From positions 50,315-114,314 of the forward strand of contig CAKPQH010000003.1 of the NCBI GenBank assembly GCA_934178475.1: 64,000 bases of DNA. Direction: 5' to 3'. Shown here in pieces: positions 51,970 to 61,809 of the stretch. The notes under the pieces were generated by a model. That model had not been told where the DNA came from, searched no databases, and saw nothing but the letters and a program-made list of their open reading frames with translations. The translations under genes and the position numbers were made by a program. Source of the DNA: an uncultured Clostridia bacterium. GTDB taxonomy: Bacteria > Bacillota > Clostridia > TANB77 > CAG-508. The first letter of the stretch is position 1; each line of letters opens with the position of its first letter.

Positions 51970-52995
51970 ATGAAAAATATAAAAGATTATAATTTAGATG
52001 ATTTAAAGAAAGAATTTATAGATTTGGGAGAAAAACCTTTTAGGGCAGAACAAGTATTTAAATGGATATATGAATCTAATGTAATTAGTTTTGATGATAT
52101 GACAAATCTGTCTTTAGAATTAAGAGAAAAATTGAAGGAAAAATATACATTAGGAGTGTTTAATATATTAAAAAAGCAGATAGCTTCTGATGGCACAATT
52201 AAATATTTATTTGATGTATTAGATGGAAATGCTATTGAAACTGTTCTTATGAAATATCATCATGGATATAGTTTATGTGTTTCTTCTCAAATAGGATGTA
52301 AGATGGGGTGCAAATTCTGTGCATCAACAGGAATTGCTTTTATAAGAAATTTAACTTCTGGTGAGATAGTAGAACAACTTTTAGCTGTAGAAAGAGATCA
52401 GAATATTAAAATATCAAACGTTGTATTTATGGGAATTGGCGAACCTATGGATAATTATGATAATGTAGTAAGTGCTATAAGAATTATAAATAATCCAAAA
52501 GGCATAAATATTGGTGCAAGACATATAAGTATATCAACTAGTGGAGTAGTACCAGGAATATATAAATTAGCAGAAGAAAATATACAGTGTACACTTTCTA
52601 TTTCACTTCATGCAACTACAGATGAGCAGAGAAGTAAAATGATGCCAGTAAATAATTTATATAGCATTGAAGAGCTTTTAAATGCTTGTAAAGATTATAT
52701 AAAAATGACTAACAGGAGAATTTCTTTTGAATATGCTTTAGCAAAAGATAATAATGATAATTTGGAAGATGCTAAAAGATTGGTGAAGTTATTAAAAGGT
52801 ATGATTTGCCATGTTAATTTAATACCTATAAACAAAATTGAAAATGGAAGTTTTGATAAAAGCTCAAATGAAAATATAATGAAATTTAGGGATTATTTAA
52901 ATGATCATGGGATAGTTGCTACAATAAGAAGAGAACTTGGATCAGATATAGATGCAGCATGTGGACAATTAAGAAGAAAGAACTTAAAAGAATAG
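51970..52995 (+). CDS. rlmN: 23S rRNA m2A2503 / tRNA methyltransferase (radical SAM)
   Basis: CKMGCKFCAS radical-SAM cluster motif and the overall RlmN pattern. Confidence 0.85.
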   Translation: MKNIKDYNLDDLKKEFIDLGEKPFRAEQVFKWIYESNVISFDDMTNLSLELREKLKEKYTLGVFNILKKQIASDGTIKYLFDVLDGNAIETVLMKYHHGYSLCVSSQIGCKMGCKFCASTGIAFIRNLTSGEIVEQLLAVERDQNIKISNVVFMGIGEPMDNYDNVVSAIRIINNPKGINIGARHISISTSGVVPGIYKLAEENIQCTLSISLHATTDEQRSKMMPVNNLYSIEELLNACKDYIKMTNRRISFEYALAKDNNDNLEDAKRLVKLLKGMICHVNLIPINKIENGSFDKSSNENIMKFRDYLNDHGIVATIRRELGSDIDAACGQLRRKNLKE

Positions 52996-53035
52996 ATGTA
53001 AATAAAAAATGAATTGCTAAAAGTAAGATAGCAGT

Positions 53036-53287
53036 TCATTTCTTGTTTTTTATAAATGATTTCAAAGAAGTATATAAAATATAATTAGATAAATCGTATG
53101 TTTTTAGATTTTTACATGCAGTTCTTATTGCATTTATTTCAGCGTGTGCAGTTGGATCATTTAAACTAAGCACTTGATTATGTCCATCAGCTATTATGTT
53201 ACTGTTTTTATCAACTATGACTGCTCCGAATGGACCACCTTCATTTGCACGAATTCCATTTTCTGCATTTTCTTTAGCTCTTGCCAT
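53036..53287 (-). pseudogene. Truncated CDA-fold (TadA/dCMP-deaminase-like) gene. Only the N-terminal about 80 codons, including the HAE zinc motif, are present
   Basis: GPFGAVIV...DPTAHAEINAI is present. The PCxxC motif is missing: where TadA has LYVTFEPC the ORF reads LYTSLKSFIKNKK* and runs into the rlmN 3' end. Confidence 0.5.
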
Positions 53288-53383
53288 AAACTTGTTCTTA
53301 TTTTATCAATCCCTTTGTATAAGATAAAAACAATATAACATATTAAGATAAATAATTCAATTAAAAGCTTTATAGTTTTTTGG

Positions 53384-54739
53384 TTATTGGTTTGGAAAAT
53401 TCTTTTCTATTTTTAGTAGTACAGTTAAACTTAAAATGAAGTTTAAAATTTCACTTAAGAAAATAGATACAATATAACCTTTGATACCAAGAAAAGGTAC
53501 ACAAAAATATATAAAAGATGTGGTAACAACAAGATCTATAATATTAATAAACATTGATTTTGTTTGAGCATCTATACCTTTTAAAATGTTATCAATAATA
53601 ATATCGATATAAATGAAAGGTATAATCAAAGAAAAAATTTTTATAAAGTTTCCAATGTAGATATTTTTATAAATAATAATACCAATTTTAGTGCCAAAAT
53701 TCCAAAAGGAAATATTTATAATACATGAAAAAATAAATGTTAATATAATTAATTTGTGAGTGTATTTTTTTATTTTAGAGTAATCCTTTTTGGCATAGTA
53801 TGTAGAAAATTCAGGGATAAACAGATTGGCAAATATACCTAAAAATATTGCGGGGAACATAATAATAGGAAGGGCCATTCCAGATATTATTCCATAGTCG
53901 CTAAAAGATTTCGCACAATCTAATCCGCTTCTTTCCAAACTATATGGAATGAGTGATTGTTTTATTGTTGAGATTCCTGAACGTAAATATGATGTTAGAG
54001 CAATAGGAATAAGTATTCTATATATTTTTTTGTTAACATTAAAAGAGAATGTAGACTTTTTTATTAATTTATATTTTTTATTAAAACTTATTTTTAAATT
54101 AAAAAAGTATGCAAAAAATAAATATATAAAAGAAATGATTTCAGAAAATACATCCCCTAATATTAATGCATAACATATATCGTTTATACTGTTTAAGTTT
54201 GTATATCTTAAGTATATATATGTAAATATAATTTTAGATAATTGTTCTATGAAGCTTCCAATTACATTAGTTTTAACTTTTTTTATTGCCATGAAATAAC
54301 CATTTATTGAAGATGACATTGCGATAAGTGGAAGAGCAATACTAATTAGATATATAATATTATTTTGTATTTTATTATGTATGCAATAAAATGATATAAA
54401 TTTTGAATTTATACAAAAAAATATCCCAGTAACTATTCCAGAGATAAGACCTATTACTGTACATTTTATGGATGTCTTTTTAGCAGAATCGATTTTTCCA
54501 AGAGCAATTTCTTCTGCAACAATTTTCATGCAAGTTATATTTAAACCAGCAGAAGCTAAAGTTATACCAAACATATATGTTGTCATAATAAGTCCAAAAA
54601 CACCAAGTGCTTCAGATGATATTTTATTAGAAATATATATATTAAATATCATTTTTATAAGTTGTAAAACAAAAGAACTACTTAGTACGATTGTGAAATT
54701 AATAAAAAATGTTTTTAATTTATTCAAAGATATCACCAT
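53384..54739 (-). CDS. SpoVB-like MOP/PST-family polysaccharide or muropeptide transporter
   Basis: The N-terminus strongly resembles SpoVB (LVLQLIKMIFNIYISNKISSEALGVFGLIMTTYMFGITLASAGLNIT). 451 aa polytopic protein. Confidence 0.55.
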   Translation of the reverse strand: MVISLNKLKTFFINFTIVLSSSFVLQLIKMIFNIYISNKISSEALGVFGLIMTTYMFGITLASAGLNITCMKIVAEEIALGKIDSAKKTSIKCTVIGLISGIVTGIFFCINSKFISFYCIHNKIQNNIIYLISIALPLIAMSSSINGYFMAIKKVKTNVIGSFIEQLSKIIFTYIYLRYTNLNSINDICYALILGDVFSEIISFIYLFFAYFFNLKISFNKKYKLIKKSTFSFNVNKKIYRILIPIALTSYLRSGISTIKQSLIPYSLERSGLDCAKSFSDYGIISGMALPIIMFPAIFLGIFANLFIPEFSTYYAKKDYSKIKKYTHKLIILTFIFSCIINISFWNFGTKIGIIIYKNIYIGNFIKIFSLIIPFIYIDIIIDNILKGIDAQTKSMFINIIDLVVTTSFIYFCVPFLGIKGYIVSIFLSEILNFILSLTVLLKIEKNFPNQ

Positions 54740-54793
54740 TTAAAGTATATTAGAAAAAGATATAAAAAGAACTTTGAATCTCTGCCTGAGAAA

Positions 54794-55633
54794 TCAAAGC
54801 TCTTTTCTTAAATTTTTGTTTTTATATAAATTACATATCGAACAATTTTCACAAAGTTCAATTCTGTTTTCAAATATAAGTATTAATGTAGTTATAAATT
54901 CATCTATTTTATTATTAATTAAATGAATATGAATTTTTTTAGGTATTAATGAAAGTAAAGTATTTAATACATAGTCATTTGAAGAAAAACTTATATCAGA
55001 TAAAAATTTTGCATTAAACATATCTGTATTAATTGGGATAGAGTTATTGCTTTGGTCTAATAATATTGATTTTGTTGGAGAATATATTAAGTGTACAAGT
55101 TCTGTCTGACTTTTTTCGGAATTTATATATAATTTAAGTAAAGATATAAACTCTGTATACTCTTTTTCGATTAAAAAATCATTTACTTTTTTATCTATTT
55201 TATTTGATAATAAACTAATATAGTCTTTTAATCTAAATGTTATGAATCCATCAAGTACAATACTTTTGTTTGACATTATATAGTTATAAAAACCATCAGA
55301 AACAATATTTTTTTTATCTTTATATGTTGTATATTTATTAATTGTGTTTAAAATTAAATTTAATTCTTCAAAGTTGAAATAAAAATAATCATGGTAAAGG
55401 ATTCTTTTTATTATATTTTTTTCGTAAACATCTATTACTAGATTTGAAAGTATATCAGAAATATTATAAAAAAACAACGGTGGACAATTTCCGGTATAAT
55501 GAATAATTATATTTGTGTATATTTTGAATTTTAAACAAGAAAATTTTATATTATTTATTTCTATGTTATTTAGTTTATCTAGTAGATATTCTATTGCATC
55601 ATTATTGTTTGTTTTTATACATATTGACTTCAT
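54794..55633 (-). CDS. YtxC-like putative sporulation protein
   Basis: The size and N-terminal pattern resemble the YtxC family, by recall. Confidence 0.4.
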   Translation of the reverse strand: MKSICIKTNNNDAIEYLLDKLNNIEINNIKFSCLKFKIYTNIIIHYTGNCPPLFFYNISDILSNLVIDVYEKNIIKRILYHDYFYFNFEELNLILNTINKYTTYKDKKNIVSDGFYNYIMSNKSIVLDGFITFRLKDYISLLSNKIDKKVNDFLIEKEYTEFISLLKLYINSEKSQTELVHLIYSPTKSILLDQSNNSIPINTDMFNAKFLSDISFSSNDYVLNTLLSLIPKKIHIHLINNKIDEFITTLILIFENRIELCENCSICNLYKNKNLRKEL

Positions 55634-55807
55634 TTCGAATAAAAATCCTCCTTTTATCTTGAATTAGTATCTACTAAATTAATCAAACTATACATTATCT
55701 TATGCGGAGTTTATTTTTGTGTGAAAGGTTACTGAGGTTTGAAATTAATTTTGTTTTTTATTAAAAAGAAAAGATGATGAATAAATAATAATTGTAAGAT
55801 AAATAAT

Positions 55808-56830
55808 AAAAAATACTTATCAGAAGCTGAAGGAGATGAAAATGCAAAAGTTATAAAGTATAATGGAAGAAATTACCTAGTATCAGATGATGGAACATTA
55901 AAACAAGTAACATGGTATGTAACAATAAATTCTGAAGGAAGATATGTGGTGACAAATGGGAAAAAGGAAACGGAAAAAGTAGAAATTCCATTAGGAACAA
56001 CAATAAATTATGATCCATATACAGGTGTAGAAAGTTCAAAACTTACAGCGACAACAGAAACTGAAAAAACAGGAAAAGATACTCAAACGTATACAATATC
56101 AAATAATGAAGCGCAAAAATTAATATGGCAAGTGTTTGGAACAGATGATGATGGAAATATTTTAATAATGCCAACAACAAATGCAAAAGATCCTACAGGG
56201 GCAACACAGTATATGGCAATGGGAAACACAGATCCAACAATAGCAAGAAATGCAGGGCAATATGCAGCAGAGGAAGTAAATAGAATATGCTCAATATATG
56301 GATATGGAAAGGGAGCAAAATCAGCAAGAAGTATGCAGATTCAAGATATAGATAAATTAACAGAATTTGATAAGACAACATATCAACCAAAACTGGTAAA
56401 TGGCTATGGACATAATGTAACATATAGTATAAATGAAACAGATGGAAATGTGTATTGTAGTTGGTCAGGAACAACGGGGCCTCAAAAAACAAGTTATAAA
56501 AAATTAGCATATTTAAAAGGAAATGAATGGATATCTTTAGAAAAAGGACAATCTGTAACAATAACGGGTAATTTTTATGGTTATAGAGGGAGTAAATGAT
56601 TTGATTACTAAAAATACTCTAAATCAATCTTATCGGCTTACTTCCTCTTATGTTATGACACTTTCAGGATGTCTTTTTTATGGAATACCTGTTGTAAGTA
56701 ATTTTAGTGTAAGTGGATGTAGCTTTTTTTTATTCATATGGTTTTGAAAATGACAGTATTTCTGGAATTCGTCCTGCTGTTTCTCTTAAGCCTGATGTTA
56801 ATCTTAGTGATTCAGGAGACGGTACTTTGA
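55808..56830 (+). pseudogene. Decayed gene region. A long ORF has no plausible start (the track uses a GTG at 55946) and is followed by at least two frameshifted fragments. One shift is at a T9 run at 56724-56732
   Basis: The open frame runs from 55808 without an ATG. After 56599 the reading continues in other frames, ending ...GIRPAVSLKPDVNLSDSGDGTLNIN*. Confidence 0.35.
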
Positions 56831-57017
56831 ATATAAATTAAACAATATGTAATATCAATTTTCATAATGAGCAAAGGTAGTATTAATACTGCTTTTGTTT
56901 TTTTGGTAGAAATAAGTTACCAAAATAGCATGGAAAAATTGGCAAAAAACATTTCTAAATATGTATTATATGATAAGATATCAAATATAAAAATAAAATA
57001 AGGAAAGAGGGAATGTG

Positions 57018-58391
57018 ATGAGGAAAACAAAAATATTATCAACGTTTATAATTTGCTTATTAGCATGTTTGCTGTTTTCGATGCAAGTAAGTAATGTTTA
57101 TGCAAAAACTAAAAATGAGGTAATATTAAATTTTAAGGGAGGAATCATTCATGATGGTTATGTAGAATATAGCAAGAAAGCAAAATTACAATTATTCAAA
57201 GGCGAGGATTTAGTTACTAATATTTCAAATAACATGGTAATTGATTTAAACGAAGCAGAGTACAAGTTTGTAATTGAAGAAATTGAAGATTCAAGTATTC
57301 TTGGTGCTAATACATCTATAAAATTAAAAATTAATAATTGGTATTATCCTATTATAGCAATAAATGAAACTAAATCTACATTCAAATTAGATTCAAGTAA
57401 ATTTAATGATAAATTAGATATTGAATTCGAAAGAAAAAATATTGCTTTTAACCAAACAATTAAAAATATTTATAATGATATATCATCAAAAGGTGTAATT
57501 GATTTAACTAATGGGAAAGAATATGTAATAGATTTTTCTAAAACTGATGAGTTAACAGAAGGATTAAAATCATTTGCAGATTTAGATAAAACACTATATT
57601 ACCAAATATTCAATGAAAGTTTATTAGTAACAGACAATGAAAGTGTAGCTGTTATAAAGATAGTTGGAAATAGGTCAGAAAATAAAGCAATACTAACTGC
57701 GGTAAATGTTGGAACTAAAAAAAGCGAAGTTTTTAAAGGATTTCATATGCAATATACAGGTTCTGCATTGGATTTTGATGACCCTGATGGTGGAATTTTA
57801 CTTGAAACAAGATATGATTATTATACTAGATGTACGTATGAATTCACATTTCAATATGTAAAAGAAGATACTGAATCAAAAGAGTATGAATTTATCGAAG
57901 GTGCTAATCAAATATATACAGTTGATGAATCAAAAGATGCAACATTTAGAGTTGATGCAGACTATAGTTTATTTGCAAATAAAGTGTATATAGATGATAA
58001 TTTAGTAGATAATGAAAATTATGATTCAAAGTCAGGAAGTACAATAGTTACTTTAAAAGATAGCTATTTAAAAACATTATCTGTTGGAAGACATACTTTA
58101 AAAGTTGCTTTTTCAAATGGAAAAAATGCTATAACTTATTTTGAGATAAAAGCGAAACAACAAGATAAAAATATAGAAGATAATAAAAATACAGAAAATA
58201 CTAAAAATGAAGAAAAACAAGAAAATAACAATTTAACCAACAATGATATTCAAAAAGATAATACAAATGCAAATCCAAAAACAGGTGATAATGTTATAGT
58301 ATATGCTATATTGTTTGCAATTGCACTAATAGGAACAATTACATTAATAATAGTTAATAATACAAAAAGAAAAAAATTAAGAAAATATTAA
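57018..58391 (+). CDS. Cell-surface protein with a signal peptide and a C-terminal NPKTG sorting signal (motif, TM helix, Lys/Arg tail)
   Basis: The signal peptide is MRKTKILSTFIICLLACLLFSMQVSNVYA. The C-terminus is NANPKTGDNVIVYAILFAIALIGTITLIIVNNTKRKKLRKY. Confidence 0.5.
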   Translation: MRKTKILSTFIICLLACLLFSMQVSNVYAKTKNEVILNFKGGIIHDGYVEYSKKAKLQLFKGEDLVTNISNNMVIDLNEAEYKFVIEEIEDSSILGANTSIKLKINNWYYPIIAINETKSTFKLDSSKFNDKLDIEFERKNIAFNQTIKNIYNDISSKGVIDLTNGKEYVIDFSKTDELTEGLKSFADLDKTLYYQIFNESLLVTDNESVAVIKIVGNRSENKAILTAVNVGTKKSEVFKGFHMQYTGSALDFDDPDGGILLETRYDYYTRCTYEFTFQYVKEDTESKEYEFIEGANQIYTVDESKDATFRVDADYSLFANKVYIDDNLVDNENYDSKSGSTIVTLKDSYLKTLSVGRHTLKVAFSNGKNAITYFEIKAKQQDKNIEDNKNTENTKNEEKQENNNLTNNDIQKDNTNANPKTGDNVIVYAILFAIALIGTITLIIVNNTKRKKLRKY

Positions 58392-58404
58392 GGAGGAAAA
58401 GAAA

Positions 58405-59925
58405 ATGAAATTTAAAAAAAGTTTAATATTTTTAACAATTATTTTAGCTGTTATATGTTTGTTTGTTTTTTCAAACAGAGTAAATGCAGCTACAATTAGT
58501 GATGATGGAAAATATTCATTATTCCTAACAGCTAATGAAGATGAAAGTTGTTTTGATGGTGAATATTCTAAACTTGTAAGATTTAATATTGCAGAAGGAG
58601 AAACAACTGTTAAATTATCTGAATTAACAAAAGGAATTATTCCTTTCAATGGTAAAACTGAATTTTCACATTGGGAAATGGCAGAGAATACAAAAGCTAG
58701 TGAAGAATTAGAAATAGCAAACTTTACAGGTAGTGGTTACTTTTATAAGTCAACAGGCGAAGAAGTTAAATATACTAATGGATTAAAGCTTAATGCTAAA
58801 TTTTCAGATAAAGAATTAAAAGATAGTGGTAAATACTATGTAAGTATTGATGCTTTTGGTGGTACAATAAATGGTAAAGCAAAATTAACATTGGAAAGTA
58901 AAGCAGAAGAATTTAAAACAATTGATTTAACAAAATATACACCAGTAAGAAAAGGATATACTTTTAAGGGCTGGGATTTAGATGGAAAAATTGTTACTTC
59001 TATTAATTCAAGTGCTTTCGCAAAGGATGCTGTAATTACTTTAACTGCTACATATACTAAAGATACTTTTGATGGAACAGATAGAGTATTAATATTAAAT
59101 GCAAACGGTGGAACTATTGAAGGTAAAGCATCTAACAAATATGATTATTTAGGTGGCGGAAACTCAGGAACAGCTATGTCACTTTTACCATACACACCTG
59201 TAAGAGAAGGATATACTTTTAATGGTTGGAACTCTAAAAAAGATGAAAGTGGAAAAAACTTCATGTATATATATTGGAGAAGATGGGATAAAGATGATAA
59301 AGATGATCTTAACAGAGACACTATTATAAAAAATGCAAACGGTGCTGAATATTATCAAAATGTAACTTTATATGCTTCTTGGACTAAAATTTCAGGAGAA
59401 CCAGAACAACCTGCTAAAGAAACAGTAAAAGAAATTGAAAGCACAGGAGAAACAAAAGCAAAAATTGAATTTGTAAAAGAAGTTAACAAAGACTACAAAT
59501 TAGATATTAAACCTGTAGAAGTAAAAAAAGATTTAACAAATAAAAATGTTAAATATGTAGTAGATATAAATGTTTTAGAAAATGATCAAATAGTTAAAAT
59601 TAGTGATACTAAAATGAAAATAAGAATTGCATTACCAGAAGACTTAAACGGATTTAACAAATATGAAGTAGTATATATTTCAAATGATGAGATAAAAGAA
59701 ACAATACCAGCAACAGTAGAAGATGGATACATAGTATTTGAAACATCACATTTAAGTCAATATGGAATTGTGGCAACAAATGTTGAAGAAAAAACAGAAC
59801 AAACAAAGAATGAAACAAGCAATCCAAAAACGGGAGATAATGTTATATTCTATATTGGAATAGTAAGTGTTTCAGTAGTAGGATTAGGAGCAGCAATTGT
59901 TGTGAAAAATAAAAAAATGAATTAA
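58405..59925 (+). CDS. Cell-surface protein with Listeria-Bacteroides-type repeats and a C-terminal NPKTG sorting signal
   Basis: Repeats YTPVRKGYTFKGWDLDGK and YTPVREGYTFNGWNSKKDESG (Flg_new-like). The C-terminus is SNPKTGDNVIFYIGIVSVSVVGLGAAIVVKNKKMN. Confidence 0.55.
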   Translation: MKFKKSLIFLTIILAVICLFVFSNRVNAATISDDGKYSLFLTANEDESCFDGEYSKLVRFNIAEGETTVKLSELTKGIIPFNGKTEFSHWEMAENTKASEELEIANFTGSGYFYKSTGEEVKYTNGLKLNAKFSDKELKDSGKYYVSIDAFGGTINGKAKLTLESKAEEFKTIDLTKYTPVRKGYTFKGWDLDGKIVTSINSSAFAKDAVITLTATYTKDTFDGTDRVLILNANGGTIEGKASNKYDYLGGGNSGTAMSLLPYTPVREGYTFNGWNSKKDESGKNFMYIYWRRWDKDDKDDLNRDTIIKNANGAEYYQNVTLYASWTKISGEPEQPAKETVKEIESTGETKAKIEFVKEVNKDYKLDIKPVEVKKDLTNKNVKYVVDINVLENDQIVKISDTKMKIRIALPEDLNGFNKYEVVYISNDEIKETIPATVEDGYIVFETSHLSQYGIVATNVEEKTEQTKNETSNPKTGDNVIFYIGIVSVSVVGLGAAIVVKNKKMN

Positions 59926-60091
59926 TTTTATAAAAAATATAAGAGAAGGTATCTAGGCTGATATTCTTCTCTTTTTTTGAAACAAGGTTGAGAATCTAAA
60001 TTTATTTTAGAATTGCTCAATTTTTTTATTGATATTTTTTACTAAGTATAGTAGAATAACAAGTATATATGAAAAGATAAGGAGCAAGTGA

Positions 60092-61786
60092 ATGAACCCA
60101 AAATGGCAGTATACAATAAATAATAGTGGAGAAGCGGAAAAGCTAAAAGAAAAATATAAATTAAATGATTTGTTAGCGTTAATACTAGCTAATAGAAATA
60201 TAAATGTAGATAATGCAGAAGTTTTTTTGAATCCTACAAGAAAAGATTTTCATAATCCTTTTGATATGCCGGATATGGAAAAAGCTGTAGAAAGAATTAT
60301 TAGTGCGATAGATAAAAAAGAAAAGATTACTATATATGGTGATTATGATGTTGACGGAATTACAAGTATAACAACTTTAAAGAGTTTTTTAGAAGAAAGA
60401 GGATTAGAAGTTGAATATTATATTCCGCACAGATTAAACGAAGGCTATGGTTTGAATAAAGAAGCGGTAAAGAAAATTGCAGATAATAAAACAATTCTTA
60501 TGATAACTGTTGATTGTGGTATAACTGGAATAAAAGAAATTGAGTATGCTAAAAGTTTAGGTTTGGATGTTATTGTAACAGACCATCATGAACCGGGTGA
60601 AAATATACCTGATGCAATAGCTGTAATAGATTGCAAAAGAAAAGATAATAAATATCCTTTTAGAGAACTTGCTGGAGTTGGAGTTGTGTTTAAATTAATT
60701 CAAGCAATTTCAATAAAATTAGGGTTAGAAGAAAAAGAATATCTGAAATATTTAGATATAGTAAGCATAGGCACTATTTCAGACATAGTACCATTAAAAG
60801 ATGAAAATAGAGTAATAACTAAATTAGGATTAAAATTAGTTGAATGTACACGTAATTTTGGCTTAAAAGCTATTTTGAATAACATAGGATATAATAAAAT
60901 AGACTCTAATAGTATTTCATTTGGAGTTGCACCAAGAATAAATGCATGTGGACGAATGGGATATGCAGATGTTGCATTAGATTTATTATTATCAAAGAAT
61001 ATGAAAGAAGCGGAAAAATATGTAATTACTTTAAATACATTTAATAATGAAAGACAATCAAAAGAAAAGAATATATTAAATGAAGCAATATCTAAAGTGG
61101 AAAAAGAAAATTTAGAAGATGAAAACAGCATAATATTAGCTGGTAAAGGATGGCATAGTGGGGTAATTGGTATTGTTGCATCTAAAATAACAGATATGTA
61201 TTTTAAACCATGTATATTATTTTGTTTTGATAATGACTCTAATATAGGAAAGGGGTCAGGAAGAAGTATACCAGGTTTTGATATACATAGAGCACTTTTA
61301 AAATGTCAAGCTGATTTAGTAGCGTTTGGCGGACACAGTATGGCAGTTGGAGTTGCAATAGAACAAGATAAAATAGAGAAATTCAAAAAGGATTTTTCTG
61401 ATATAGTAGAAAAGGCAGATATATCAAATATTGTACCAATACTAAATATTGATGCTATTTTAAATATTGATAATATCACTAAAGAAATGGTAGCTTCTTT
61501 AAGCAAATTAGAACCATTTGGCGAAGCAAATAAAATGCCAATTTTCGTATTTAAGAATTTAAAAATTGATTCTATAAGAACTTTAACTGAAGGTAAACAT
61601 TTAAAACTTACATTAAGGAGTAATAATAATACATATGTAAATGCAATTGGATTTAATATAGGACATTTGGCAGAAAATTTTGTTATAGGTGATAGAGTTG
61701 ATATTGCTGGGTGTTTAGAGGTAAATTCATTTAATGGTGTAGATAGTATTCAAATTAACCTTAAGGATATAATTAAATCGATATAA
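60092..61786 (+). CDS. recJ: Single-stranded-DNA-specific exonuclease RecJ (short form)
   Basis: DHH motifs (GDYDVDGITS, VIVTDHHEPG) and a DHHA1 domain. Confidence 0.85.
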   Translation: MNPKWQYTINNSGEAEKLKEKYKLNDLLALILANRNINVDNAEVFLNPTRKDFHNPFDMPDMEKAVERIISAIDKKEKITIYGDYDVDGITSITTLKSFLEERGLEVEYYIPHRLNEGYGLNKEAVKKIADNKTILMITVDCGITGIKEIEYAKSLGLDVIVTDHHEPGENIPDAIAVIDCKRKDNKYPFRELAGVGVVFKLIQAISIKLGLEEKEYLKYLDIVSIGTISDIVPLKDENRVITKLGLKLVECTRNFGLKAILNNIGYNKIDSNSISFGVAPRINACGRMGYADVALDLLLSKNMKEAEKYVITLNTFNNERQSKEKNILNEAISKVEKENLEDENSIILAGKGWHSGVIGIVASKITDMYFKPCILFCFDNDSNIGKGSGRSIPGFDIHRALLKCQADLVAFGGHSMAVGVAIEQDKIEKFKKDFSDIVEKADISNIVPILNIDAILNIDNITKEMVASLSKLEPFGEANKMPIFVFKNLKIDSIRTLTEGKHLKLTLRSNNNTYVNAIGFNIGHLAENFVIGDRVDIAGCLEVNSFNGVDSIQINLKDIIKSI

Positions 61787-61809
61787 TAAGAGATAGGGGA
61801 GTGGGATGC

